DNA of 64,000 nucleotides from an uncultured Enterobacteriaceae bacterium. Its GTDB lineage: Bacteria; Desulfobacterota; Binatia; Bin18. The stretch is taken from positions 9,312-73,311 of the forward strand of contig CAYTVL010000006.1 of NCBI GenBank assembly GCA_964441775.1, written 5' to 3'. Under the pieces are notes generated by a model, which ran no database searches, was not told where the DNA came from, and saw only the letters and a program-made list of their open reading frames with translations. Both the position numbers and the translations under genes were made by a program. Below, one piece after another: positions 28,644-37,957 of this stretch. Position 1 is the first letter of the stretch. Each line of letters opens with the position of its first letter.

Positions 28644-28831
28644 TGCTCGATTGCCGCTTTTCGCAACGCTTTAATTTTCAACATAATAACCAACACCGCG
28701 ATACCAATGGACAACGCGTAGCGATATACATCCGGGGAGGTTGGCTCTTGCCACACTTGTTGTACGCCAAAGAGGATGACCACGCCCATCAGCATAATCA
28801 TGAAACGATCCCACAGTCCTCGCATCATCAT
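28640..28831 (-). CDS. Small hypothetical membrane protein
   Basis: 63-aa ORF with two hydrophobic segments, translationally coupled to gspH. Weak call. Confidence 0.3.
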   Translation of the reverse strand: MMMRGLWDRFMIMLMGVVILFGVQQVWQEPTSPDVYRYALSIGIAVLVIMLKIKALRKAAIEQ

Positions 28832-28839
28832 ACCGCTTT

Positions 28840-30027
28840 CTAGCGAATCAAATCCATGCGCCGCGTCAGATCTTTCGTGATGTTTTTTTGATGGGCCTCA
28901 AGCGTGCCCCCGCCGATTTCCAGGAGTTTGGCGTCGCGCCATAAACGCTCAACCACGTACTCTCCCAAATAGCCATACCCGCCCAAAACTTGCATCGCAT
29001 TATCTGCGACTTGCTTCGCCATCATCGTCGCCACGAGTTTGACGCCGTCGGAATCAACCCGCTGACCAGGTTTATGGAGATCCATGCGCGCTGCCGTGTG
29101 GTACAGATAGGTGCGCGCCGCCATATACTGCGCGTAGGAATCCGCAATGTATCGCTGGATTTGGCCGAACGCATTTAAAGTCTGACCGAACGCCGTGCGC
29201 TCGCTGGCATAGCGCGTCATGACCTCGACACAGCGTCCGGCAATACCAGTGGACATAGCCGCCAGCGTCACCCGCTCGATCTCCAGGTTGCGCATCATGT
29301 GGAGCAGGCTGTCTCCTTCTTCGCCCAAGCGGTTCGCTACCGGCACGGCGCAATCGTCAAAGACCAACTCCGCGGTCATCGACGCCCGCATACCGGCTTT
29401 GCCATGCAGACGTTGGCCGAGAGCAAACCCAGGAAACCCGTTTTCCACCACGAAGGAACTGATACCCTTCTCCGTGCGCGCGTACACCAAAAAAATGTTT
29501 CCCAAGGTGACATCGTCCAGCGCGCCGTTGGTGATAAACATCTTGCGTCCGTTAAGATAATAATGGTCTCCTCGACGCACGGCTTGTGTTTTCATGCCTA
29601 ACACATCAGTGCCCGCCGCCGGTTCAGTCATGCACATACCGCCGACCCACTCACCAGAGATCACCTTATCGAGATAACGCCCGCGCTGCTCGTCATTCGC
29701 ATTGTGGCAGAAATTGTTGACAAACAGCATGGCGTGCGCCAGATACGCAAGACAAAAGCCGGGATCAGAGGCCGACAATTCCTCGTGCACGATCGCCGCC
29801 GCCACGGCGTCCATGCTCGCGCCGCCGTACTCCGCCGGGACGGTTATGCCCAACAAGCCCAGCGCCCCAAGTTGACGAAATAGAGACAAATTGAAACGCT
29901 CTTGCCGATCATGCTCCAGCGCTTGCGGCTCTACTTGCTCACGGACGAACTCTCGGACGGTCTTCCGCAGTAAGGCGTGTTCTTCGGTGGGGTTGAAAAG
30001 GTCAAAGTCTAAAGTTGGCATACGCAT
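28840..30027 (-). CDS. Acyl-CoA dehydrogenase (isovaleryl/short-branched-chain type)
   Basis: 395 aa. The C-terminal catalytic region has 'QVLGGYGY' and the C-terminal tetramerisation helix. ETF genes lie divergently adjacent. Confidence 0.85.
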   Translation of the reverse strand: MRMPTLDFDLFNPTEEHALLRKTVREFVREQVEPQALEHDRQERFNLSLFRQLGALGLLGITVPAEYGGASMDAVAAAIVHEELSASDPGFCLAYLAHAMLFVNNFCHNANDEQRGRYLDKVISGEWVGGMCMTEPAAGTDVLGMKTQAVRRGDHYYLNGRKMFITNGALDDVTLGNIFLVYARTEKGISSFVVENGFPGFALGQRLHGKAGMRASMTAELVFDDCAVPVANRLGEEGDSLLHMMRNLEIERVTLAAMSTGIAGRCVEVMTRYASERTAFGQTLNAFGQIQRYIADSYAQYMAARTYLYHTAARMDLHKPGQRVDSDGVKLVATMMAKQVADNAMQVLGGYGYLGEYVVERLWRDAKLLEIGGGTLEAHQKNITKDLTRRMDLIR

Positions 30028-30231
30028 CCCCCTTCATGCACTAGAGAGATGCTTGAATCCTGCGCGAGCGGGCCTGAGGTGTCAACCGAGGGCAGGCTGC
30101 TCAAAGCGCTGCTTTAGACACAACCCACGCAGGGTGCGAGAATGCGTCGTCTTGCGTTGCGTTCGTGAGGTGGGTGCGGTACGCTCCTGCCCAGATCGCC
30201 GACATCAATAATCAAAGGAGTCTCAGACTGC

Positions 30232-32073
30232 ATGAAAATTCTCGTGCTGGTAAAGCAAGTGCCGGTCGTTTCGGCCATGAAACTCGATCCTGAAACGAAA
30301 ACCCTCAGGCGTGAAGGCGTGCCCTCCGAGGTGAGCTCGTTCGATGTGCGCGCCCTCCTGAAAGCCATTGAGCTGCGCAATACGCACGGTGGCGAAGTAG
30401 TCGCCTTGACGATGGGTCCGCCGCAAGCGCGGGCCGCGCTCGAACATTGTCTGGCGCTTGGCGCTGATCGCGGACTCCATCTTGTCGACCGGGCTTTTGC
30501 CGGGGCGGATACCCTCGCGACGGCGCGAGCGCTGGCGTGCGCGCTCAAAAAAGAAGGGTATGATCTCATTTTCTGTGGCCGGTACAGCACGGATGCGGAA
30601 ACTGGACAAGTTGGTCCGGAAGTCGCCGAGTTGCTCAACCTTCCCCAAGTGACCGCTGCCCGCACGCTGACCATACATGGGCAAACGATCACGGTCGAAC
30701 GAGAGACCGACAGTGGCTTTGAGACGGTAGAATGCGCGTTGCCGGCGTTGCTCTCAGCAACCGAAGACCTCGCCCCGGAAAAATTTCCCAACAAAGCGGA
30801 CCGGGAAAAGGCGAAAGAAAAGCCCGTCCAAGAAATAACGGCGAGTGAGCTTTCTGGTGATCTGACCCAGTTCGGCGCGGTGGGCTCGCCGACGTGGGTC
30901 GAGTCGGTCCAGACGGTTGAGGTTGCTCGTGCCAAGAAGATTCTTGAAGGAGACCTCTCCGCCCAAGTAGATATCCTCGTGCAACGGCTGTTGGACCACG
31001 GCCTGTTTGGAAAATGGAAAGGGGACGATGCCGCCGCAGAAGGAGGACAGGTTGTAAGAAAACCGGCTGGCGGAAAGGCAGTTTGGGTGGTGGCGGAAAC
31101 TGCAGGGGAGATGTTGTTGCCAGTTACGCTCGAACTGCTCGGCAAGGCGAACGAACTGGCGACAAAATATAACGGCGAAGTCGGCGTGCTCCTGCTGGGC
31201 TGGGGCATTGATCAACACGTTGCGACTCTTGCCCTTCATGGCGCCGATGTGGTTTATCTCGCGCAAGATCGCCGTCTTGAGCAATACTCCACGGACGTTT
31301 TTACCGCACTCCTCACCAAAGCGATTCAGGAGCAGAAGCCGGGCGTGGTGCTGTTTGGCTCAACCACATTGGGTCGTGATCTTGCCCCTCGTATTGCGGC
31401 GCGTCTCGGACTGGGGCTCACGGGAGATTGCGTCGATCTGGAGGTCAACGACAAAGGACAATTGCTGCAGTACAAACCGGCCTTTGGCGGCAACGTCGTT
31501 GCTCCAGTGCTCTCGCGCACCACGCCGGAGATGGCGACCGTGCGTCCAGGCATGCTGAAAAAGGCGCAGCCCAATCCGGCGCGGCAAGCGCGCATCGAAA
31601 TGGTGTGGCCGGATGATGCGGTAACTAGCCGAGTGAAAATCCTCTCCCAAAGCGGAAGTGATGCTGGCAAAGCTGCTGCTCTTGATTCAGCGGAAATTAC
31701 CATTGGCATTGGCAAAGGAATTGGAGGAACGGTCAACCTCCCGGTTATTGAGCAACTGGCCGCGGTCTTAGGCGGAGCGCCTCTCGCGGCGACACGCGAT
31801 ATTGTCGATCTTGGCTGGCTGCCGCGACAGCATCAAGTGGGTCTCACTGGGCGAGCCATCGCCCCGAAGCTGTACTTCGCCATCGGCATTCGGGGCGCGT
31901 TTGAGCACACGGTCGGCATTCGCCGAGCTGATCTTGTGGTCGCGATCAATAAGAATCAGAAGGCGCTCATCTTTCAAAATGCTGACGTTGGCATTGTTGG
32001 TGATTACGCCGAGGTCGTGCCTCTGTTGACGGCGAAGTTGCAGACGGCAAAAGAGGCGCGGCTGGGTCGATAA
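30232..32073 (+). CDS. Fused electron-transfer flavoprotein, EtfB (N-terminal) - EtfA (C-terminal)
   Basis: N-terminus 'MKILVLVKQVPVV' is EtfB/FixA-like. The C-terminus has 'LYFAIGIRGAFEHTVGI' and 'ADVGIVGDYAEVVPLL', the EtfA/FixB FAD-binding signature. A single 613-aa ORF. Confidence 0.8.
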   Translation: MKILVLVKQVPVVSAMKLDPETKTLRREGVPSEVSSFDVRALLKAIELRNTHGGEVVALTMGPPQARAALEHCLALGADRGLHLVDRAFAGADTLATARALACALKKEGYDLIFCGRYSTDAETGQVGPEVAELLNLPQVTAARTLTIHGQTITVERETDSGFETVECALPALLSATEDLAPEKFPNKADREKAKEKPVQEITASELSGDLTQFGAVGSPTWVESVQTVEVARAKKILEGDLSAQVDILVQRLLDHGLFGKWKGDDAAAEGGQVVRKPAGGKAVWVVAETAGEMLLPVTLELLGKANELATKYNGEVGVLLLGWGIDQHVATLALHGADVVYLAQDRRLEQYSTDVFTALLTKAIQEQKPGVVLFGSTTLGRDLAPRIAARLGLGLTGDCVDLEVNDKGQLLQYKPAFGGNVVAPVLSRTTPEMATVRPGMLKKAQPNPARQARIEMVWPDDAVTSRVKILSQSGSDAGKAAALDSAEITIGIGKGIGGTVNLPVIEQLAAVLGGAPLAATRDIVDLGWLPRQHQVGLTGRAIAPKLYFAIGIRGAFEHTVGIRRADLVVAINKNQKALIFQNADVGIVGDYAEVVPLLTAKLQTAKEARLGR

Positions 32074-32163
32074 CAGAGAGGCGCCCCTTGCACGACATTC
32101 ATTTATCGTATACAGAAAATTTCTCCGAGCACTTCAAAAGAAATAGAGGAAGGAGAAATTACC

Positions 32164-32517
32164 ATGCCCGCTTTGGAGAAAGCGGGATATTCCCTCGTTG
32201 AACTCCTGGTGGCGATGTCCTTGTTCGCTGTCGCGGTGCTCGGGCTATCGGCTGGAGTTGTGATGGTGTCACGCTCCAGCGTGCTCAGCGATGACCTCAC
32301 GCGCGCTACGCTCCTGGCGCAAGAGAAGATCGAAGAGCTTGCTAATCAGAACGACGCATTAGAGGGAGGGACGGACAATCCCCAGTCGCGCTTTACCCGC
32401 GTCTGGTTGGTTGCTCCAGATGTACCAGAAGCCGGGGTGACGAAAATTACTGTGACAGTGTCGTGGGTAGGGAACGACGCGCAAGCGGTTTCCCTAGTGA
32501 CCGTGCGGAATGAGTAA
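32164..32517 (+). CDS. pilV: Type IV pilus minor pilin PilV-like
   Basis: 'GYSLVELLVAMSLFAVAVLGL' prepilin N-terminus. 117 aa. Confidence 0.65.
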   Translation: MPALEKAGYSLVELLVAMSLFAVAVLGLSAGVVMVSRSSVLSDDLTRATLLAQEKIEELANQNDALEGGTDNPQSRFTRVWLVAPDVPEAGVTKITVTVSWVGNDAQAVSLVTVRNE

Positions 32518-33175
32518 CCATCCCTTTGGAGTCGAGATGCGGACCGCGCTTCGTCATTCCCGAGGTTTTACTCTCGTGGAAATTTTTGTCACGCTGGGAT
32601 TGGCGGGCGTTTTCTGCCTTGCTTTGTATGGATTCTATCAACTCCACCTCGGAGTGTTGAAAGTGGAAGAGACAAAGCTGGGCTTACGTGAAAGCAGTCG
32701 GCTGGCCATTGATTTCCTCGTGCGAGAGTTGCGTATGGCCGGGGCGCGGCCCGTGCGTGGGAGTGCTTGCGAAGGTTTTGAACGGCTCACGGAAGCAGAA
32801 TCCCAACGCGTGGCCATGCAGTATGACTTCCGTGGCAATAGCAGTGCGACCACTGCCGCTGACGGCTGTCCCGATGATCCTAGTGAACGCATCACGTATC
32901 TCTATGACAGCACGGAGCGTGTGCTAAAGCGGGCAACAAGCGGCGGCTCTCCACAACCGTTCATCAACGATGTCCCACCCGATGGTTTCATGCTGCACTA
33001 TTTCAACCGACACGGAGAGGAACTGACTCCGCCGTTAACGACGCTAGAACGAGCAGATGTTTACAATATTAAAATCACAGTCGCAACCAGCAGCGCTTCT
33101 CCTGACCCGGCCCATCCAGAGCCGCTCGCATCGCAGTTTTCCACAACCATCTTCCTGACCAATCCACCGCAATAA
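32510..33175 (+). CDS. pilW: Type IV pilus minor pilin PilW-like
   Basis: 'RGFTLVEIFVTLGLAGVF' prepilin N-terminus. 221 aa. Confidence 0.6.
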   Translation: MSNHPFGVEMRTALRHSRGFTLVEIFVTLGLAGVFCLALYGFYQLHLGVLKVEETKLGLRESSRLAIDFLVRELRMAGARPVRGSACEGFERLTEAESQRVAMQYDFRGNSSATTAADGCPDDPSERITYLYDSTERVLKRATSGGSPQPFINDVPPDGFMLHYFNRHGEELTPPLTTLERADVYNIKITVATSSASPDPAHPEPLASQFSTTIFLTNPPQ

Positions 33176-33179
33176 CGCC

Positions 33180-34574
33180 ATGACTCACGAACATCCATGG
33201 AAATCCGAAAAGGGCGTGGTCCTCATCACGACGCTTCTTTTGATCATTTTACTCATGGTCGTGGGCATGAGCAGCCTCGGACTCAGTCACTCGGATCTGC
33301 TGGTCTCGCGCAACTTATGGACAGGAACCCAGGCGCTGTGGTTGGCAAGAGCTGGCGTCGCCATAGGAAAGAATTGGATCGAAAGCCATCTTCCCGGCGC
33401 AGCGTTTCCTGTTTCTCTCGGACCTACGACCCTGGGAAGCGGCTCGTATGCCGTGACAATCCAGTCGCTGGGCAGCGGCGCGTATCGTGTAACCGCAACT
33501 GGCTCTGGTCCAGATGACTCTCGCCGCGTGGTGGAAGAAACGATTCGTCTTCCTGATTTGGCCCCCAGCGGAGTGATTTCTATCGATGGGGATGGATTGC
33601 ACCCAGACTTCGACGACGGCGGTGGCGGGACTGGTCGGCGGATTCCTGACTTTAGCGTAGACGGTAGAAACCATGCCCTGGATGGAACCCTTTCCACAAC
33701 ATGCTCAACGATTTCCCCTTTTGCCGTCGTACAAACCGCCGCCCAAAATGATCTGACCAATACCGCCAATATTCTCAAGCGAGAGATCGTGACGCGCGCC
33801 AATAGTTTTTGTCAGTCAAATGGCGGCAACGCCGCCGGGCCTTGTACCCCGGGCTTATTCTGGGTGCGCGGCAGCGCCACAGCGTCACGTTTTCAGACTG
33901 ACGCTTGCACGACTTCAACTGCTAGCTGCTTTTTGAATCTGGATTTGTCCGCTGCTTCTCTTCGCGCTACTGGGTTACCGATCTCAACCCACTTACCGAC
34001 GGCGCCGGATAACCGAGGTCCTTTCGTCCCAACCACAAGCGCGACCCCGTTTGCTCGACTGCTCACTACCACTGAACAAACTCGCCTGCAAACCGCGCTC
34101 AGCGACCTGCTGCAACGAGTCGGAGAGATGCCGGATACCAAGTTGTCGCACATCTCATCTAGTCTCCATGCTGGCGCGTACACCTATGGCAGCACGAGCG
34201 AACCTGCTGTTGTCCAGGTTGATAGCGAAGCAAGTGCTCTCGACATTGATAGTGGAGCCGTCATCAATGGGATAGGCGTGCTCTTGATCCCCCGTACCGT
34301 GCGGCTAGGTAACGCGACCCTGAACTGGAAAGGGTTGGTCGTCATCTCCGGGGCCGGAGATTTACGCGTGGAAGACGAAGCGGCTTGTGGACAGGTGCTC
34401 GGCGCCGTCCTGGTCCACGATGACGTCGCGCTTGACCGCAAACTTGATCTTGACAAGGTAAAAAAGACTGGCTTCTGTTCTCCTTTCACTATCAACTATA
34501 GCTGTGAAGCGGTCACGCGCGCACTGACCACGCTGATGCGCACGGTCTCGTGGGTCGAAAAGTATGGATCGTGA
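33180..34574 (+). CDS. pilX: PilX-like minor pilin with a long Cys-containing C-terminal extension (candidate tip adhesin)
   Basis: 'EKGVVLITTLLLIILLMVVGMSSL' PilX_N-type N-terminus. 464 aa, versus about 190 for a typical PilX. Confidence 0.55.
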   Translation: MTHEHPWKSEKGVVLITTLLLIILLMVVGMSSLGLSHSDLLVSRNLWTGTQALWLARAGVAIGKNWIESHLPGAAFPVSLGPTTLGSGSYAVTIQSLGSGAYRVTATGSGPDDSRRVVEETIRLPDLAPSGVISIDGDGLHPDFDDGGGGTGRRIPDFSVDGRNHALDGTLSTTCSTISPFAVVQTAAQNDLTNTANILKREIVTRANSFCQSNGGNAAGPCTPGLFWVRGSATASRFQTDACTTSTASCFLNLDLSAASLRATGLPISTHLPTAPDNRGPFVPTTSATPFARLLTTTEQTRLQTALSDLLQRVGEMPDTKLSHISSSLHAGAYTYGSTSEPAVVQVDSEASALDIDSGAVINGIGVLLIPRTVRLGNATLNWKGLVVISGAGDLRVEDEAACGQVLGAVLVHDDVALDRKLDLDKVKKTGFCSPFTINYSCEAVTRALTTLMRTVSWVEKYGS

Positions 34575-35094
34575 CTGCCTTATAAGGGGAAAAACTGACC
34601 ACTCCGTCCGCACGCAGGACACGGCGACTCGCGGATTCACGGTTCTTGAGCTGGCCGTTGTGCTTGGACTGTTCGGTGTCCTCAGCGGCATGGCTCTTTT
34701 ACAAGTAAAACCGCTCGTCGCTCAAGTTCGTCTCAGCAGCGGCGCACGGCAACTCGCCACGGATTTGCAGGTGGTGCGCATGAAAGCGATTGCTCAAAAT
34801 CGGCGCTTCCGGGTGACGTTTCGTCCAACCACCAGAGACTATGTCGTCGATAAGGAAGATGACTTGTCCTGGGTGCGTTTCGTCCTCCATAGTTACGCTT
34901 CTACAAACTCAGCCACGGCCTTGATTCCACTGCCCACGGGAGTCACGATTCCTTCGGTCAACTCTGGCGGAGACGTTATGTTTCTTCCGCGGGGTCACGT
35001 GGATGGCGGCATTACCATCACCCTTGGCTCGACGACCATCAGCGATACGAAAAAGGTCGTTGTCAATCTTGCCGGTCGCGTTCGAGTTGAATAG
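34564..35094 (+). CDS. FimT/GspH-like minor pilin
   Basis: 'RGFTVLELAVVLGLFGVLSGMAL' prepilin N-terminus. 176 aa. Confidence 0.6.
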   Translation: MDRDCLIRGKTDHSVRTQDTATRGFTVLELAVVLGLFGVLSGMALLQVKPLVAQVRLSSGARQLATDLQVVRMKAIAQNRRFRVTFRPTTRDYVVDKEDDLSWVRFVLHSYASTNSATALIPLPTGVTIPSVNSGGDVMFLPRGHVDGGITITLGSTTISDTKKVVVNLAGRVRVE

Positions 35095-35132
35095 AGTGGA
35101 AATGAGACTAAAAATTTGGTTACACTAAAAAT

Positions 35133-35915
35133 ATGGTGGAAAGTCTCCCTTTTTCCTTTGTGGCGTCGTTCACGTTTCTGTTTGGCGCCGTGATTGGCAG
35201 CTTCTTGAACGTGTGCATTTATCGTTTGCCAGACCATGAGTCTGTGGTGTTTCCGGCCTCGCATTGCCGCGCCTGTTCACGGGTGCTCTCCTGGTACGAG
35301 AATGTACCGCTGTTGAGCTATCTGTTGCAGCGCGGCAAGTGTCGCACTTGTGGGGCACAGTTTTCTTCCCGTTACTTCTGGGTCGAACTGCTGACGGCAA
35401 TTTTGGCCATCGCATTGGTCATGCACTCTGGCCTGACAACGGTCAGTATTGGCTACTTCCTCTTTGTCGCCGCGCTGGTAACGATTACGTTCATCGACTT
35501 GGACCATCAGATTATTCCTGACGTAATTAGCCTTCCTGGTGTTGTTGTCGGGCTGCTGTTTTCGTTTCTGGTCTCTCACTTGGGCTTTTGGAATTCTTTC
35601 ATCGGTGTCATCATTGGCGGAGGCGTCTTATTAGCCGTGGCGCTAGGCTACAAGGCTATCACCGGACGCGAAGGCATGGGCGGTGGAGATATTAAGCTGC
35701 TCGCCATGATCGGCGCGTTTCTCGGCTGGCAGTCCGTGCCGTTCACGCTCTTTGTCGCTTCGTGTTTCGGTTCGATCATTGGGATAGTCGTAATGATCCG
35801 TCGTCATGCCGATAGTCAGCTTCCCCTGCCATTCGGGCCGTTCCTCGCTCTCGGGGCCGTGAGTTACTTGTTCTTCGGCGAGCGGGTGATCAACTGGTAT
35901 CTGGGGCTCTTCTAA
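35133..35915 (+). CDS. pilD: Prepilin peptidase / N-methyltransferase (A24 family) PilD
   Basis: N-terminal Zn-binding CxxC...CxxC (CRACSRVL...CRTCGAQF), multiple TM helices and the catalytic Asp-containing 'FIDLDHQIIPD'. A second Asp lies in 'GGGDIKLL'. Confidence 0.85.
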   Translation: MVESLPFSFVASFTFLFGAVIGSFLNVCIYRLPDHESVVFPASHCRACSRVLSWYENVPLLSYLLQRGKCRTCGAQFSSRYFWVELLTAILAIALVMHSGLTTVSIGYFLFVAALVTITFIDLDHQIIPDVISLPGVVVGLLFSFLVSHLGFWNSFIGVIIGGGVLLAVALGYKAITGREGMGGGDIKLLAMIGAFLGWQSVPFTLFVASCFGSIIGIVVMIRRHADSQLPLPFGPFLALGAVSYLFFGERVINWYLGLF

Positions 35916-35949
35916 GCAGTATCACGCCTTTTGCATCCTCAGGCTGACC

Positions 35950-36759
35950 ATGCTAGCTACAAGCCATGAGGGAAACTCTATGGCTGCATCGAGATGGCTG
36001 ACCGTTCATGGGACACAACTTGAACTCGTCGAGCGTGGACAAGGCCGACCACTGCTCGTTCTCCACGGTGAAGATGGCCTCGACCCCACAGCTCCTTTTC
36101 TCGATCAACTCGCGGCTCTGGGGCGTGTGCTCGCTCCTTCTCATCCTGGGTATGGCCACTCACTATTCGCCGAGTCAATCGACACTGTCGATGATCTCTC
36201 CTATCTGTACCTCGAGCTGCTCGCTGAACAAAATCTGCGTGATGTTCTAGTCATCGGTTTTTCTTTAGGCGGCTGGTTGGCCGCCGAGATGGCGGTGAAA
36301 TCGACCGAGCGCATCGCGAAGCTCATTCTCGTCGCGCCGCTTGGCATCAAAGTCGGCGATCGAGAAACTCGGGACATCCCCGATATTTTCGCGCTGCCGC
36401 AAGAGGAAGTGACGCGCCTGAAATTTCACGATCCATCTCTTGCGAGTGTTGACTACTCATCGTTATCAGAGGATGAATTGACGGTCCTTGCCCGCAATCG
36501 TGAAGCGACGGCGCTGTACGCCTGGGAACCCTATTTTCACAATCCCAAGTTGAGGCGACGATTGCATCGCATCACCGTTCCAACCCTGCTGGTGTGGGGC
36601 GCGAGCGATCGTTTCGTCACTTCAGGATATTACGGAGCCGCGTATCGAGAGGCTATTCCTGGAGCGCGACTGGAACTGATAGCGAATGCTGGTCACCTAC
36701 CGCACGTTGAACAACCAAAGGCTTTCGTCAATAGTGTTCGTGCTTTTCTGAACGAGTAG
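35950..36759 (+). CDS. Alpha/beta-hydrolase fold protein
   Basis: 'GFSLGGW' nucleophile elbow and a C-terminal 'AGHLPHVEQP' His motif. Confidence 0.8.
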   Translation: MLATSHEGNSMAASRWLTVHGTQLELVERGQGRPLLVLHGEDGLDPTAPFLDQLAALGRVLAPSHPGYGHSLFAESIDTVDDLSYLYLELLAEQNLRDVLVIGFSLGGWLAAEMAVKSTERIAKLILVAPLGIKVGDRETRDIPDIFALPQEEVTRLKFHDPSLASVDYSSLSEDELTVLARNREATALYAWEPYFHNPKLRRRLHRITVPTLLVWGASDRFVTSGYYGAAYREAIPGARLELIANAGHLPHVEQPKAFVNSVRAFLNE

Positions 36760-36773
36760 GAGGGAGACTCACC

Positions 36774-37928
36774 ATGCGCGCCTGGCATTTTAGTGAAAAC
36801 GCTTATCACCTCCTGCCCGATGCGAAAGAGTATGATTCGATCCGCGTGACGCTGCCGAACCGCTACTACGATCCGCAATCGGGCGCGGATCTCTATCATC
36901 GTTATATCGACGAGTGGGTGATCGCTGAAGATCTGGGTCTCGAAATCATGGTCAACGAGCATCACCAGACCGCGACCAATTTGAACCCCGCTGCCCCGAT
37001 CATCATGGGCATCCTCGCACGCGAAACCAAGAAAGCGCGGCTGCTGCTCCTCGGCAATCCCATTGCGAATCGGCGCGACCCGGTGCGCGTGGCTGAAGAA
37101 ATGGCGATGGTGGACGTCTACTCACGAGGCCGCTTGGAATGTGGGTTCGTGCGCGGGGTGCCATACGAACTGTCCGCTGGGAATCATCGACCGACGAACA
37201 TGATGGAGCGTTTCTGGGAAGCGCACGACCTCATTATGAAAGCGTGGACCAGCCACGATGGGCCGTTCAACTGGGAAGGGAAATATTTTCATCACCGGCA
37301 AGTCAATATCTGGCCGCGCCCCTATCAGCAGCCGCATCCGCCGGTGTGGATCACCGCCCTCAGTCCAGAGAGCGCCAAACAAGTCGCGGAGAAAGGCTAC
37401 GTTGTCGCCTGCTTCCTGACCGGGCTTCAGGGAACGAAGGCGGTGTTCGATTCGTATCGAGGGCGGCGCGCAGAGCTGGGCCTGTCTCCGGCCAACTTGG
37501 ATCGCTTCGCCTACGCGGCGTTGGTGTACACGGGAGAGACTGACGAAGAAGGGCTGGCCGGGGCGCGCAAATTGATGTGGTACGTCGAGGCCAATAAAGT
37601 GCCGCTGCAATTCACCAACCCACCCGGCTATCATCCCACGACGGCGACGGTGAACGCCATGAAAGGCGGCGCCTCGGGCTCAGGTATCTTCAGGCTCTTC
37701 CAGAACCCGTCGCTTGAAGCATTCATGGAGCACGGCCTGGTCTTTGCCGGCAACCCGGACTCGGTGTATCACCAGATCATGAAGATGCATCAGCACGTCG
37801 GCGGCTTCGGTCACCTGCTCATCATGGGACAGGCCGGATTTCTCGACCACGCCGAGACGGTCAAAGGGATGAAACTGTTTGCGAAAGAAGTCTACCCACG
37901 CTTGAAAGAACTGAGAATGCAAGAATAA
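36774..37928 (+). CDS. LLM-class (luciferase-like) flavin-dependent oxidoreductase
   Basis: TIM-barrel LLM motifs. 384 aa. Confidence 0.7.
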   Translation: MRAWHFSENAYHLLPDAKEYDSIRVTLPNRYYDPQSGADLYHRYIDEWVIAEDLGLEIMVNEHHQTATNLNPAAPIIMGILARETKKARLLLLGNPIANRRDPVRVAEEMAMVDVYSRGRLECGFVRGVPYELSAGNHRPTNMMERFWEAHDLIMKAWTSHDGPFNWEGKYFHHRQVNIWPRPYQQPHPPVWITALSPESAKQVAEKGYVVACFLTGLQGTKAVFDSYRGRRAELGLSPANLDRFAYAALVYTGETDEEGLAGARKLMWYVEANKVPLQFTNPPGYHPTTATVNAMKGGASGSGIFRLFQNPSLEAFMEHGLVFAGNPDSVYHQIMKMHQHVGGFGHLLIMGQAGFLDHAETVKGMKLFAKEVYPRLKELRMQE

Positions 37929-37957
37929 TCTTCTTCGCAAAAGGAGCGTATGAACCA

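Noticed and set aside
32074-32163. Possible sigma-54 promoter (GG...TTGCA) upstream of the pilV-like gene
   Set aside because: The GG-to-GC spacing is 8 nt rather than the required 10. Not a match.
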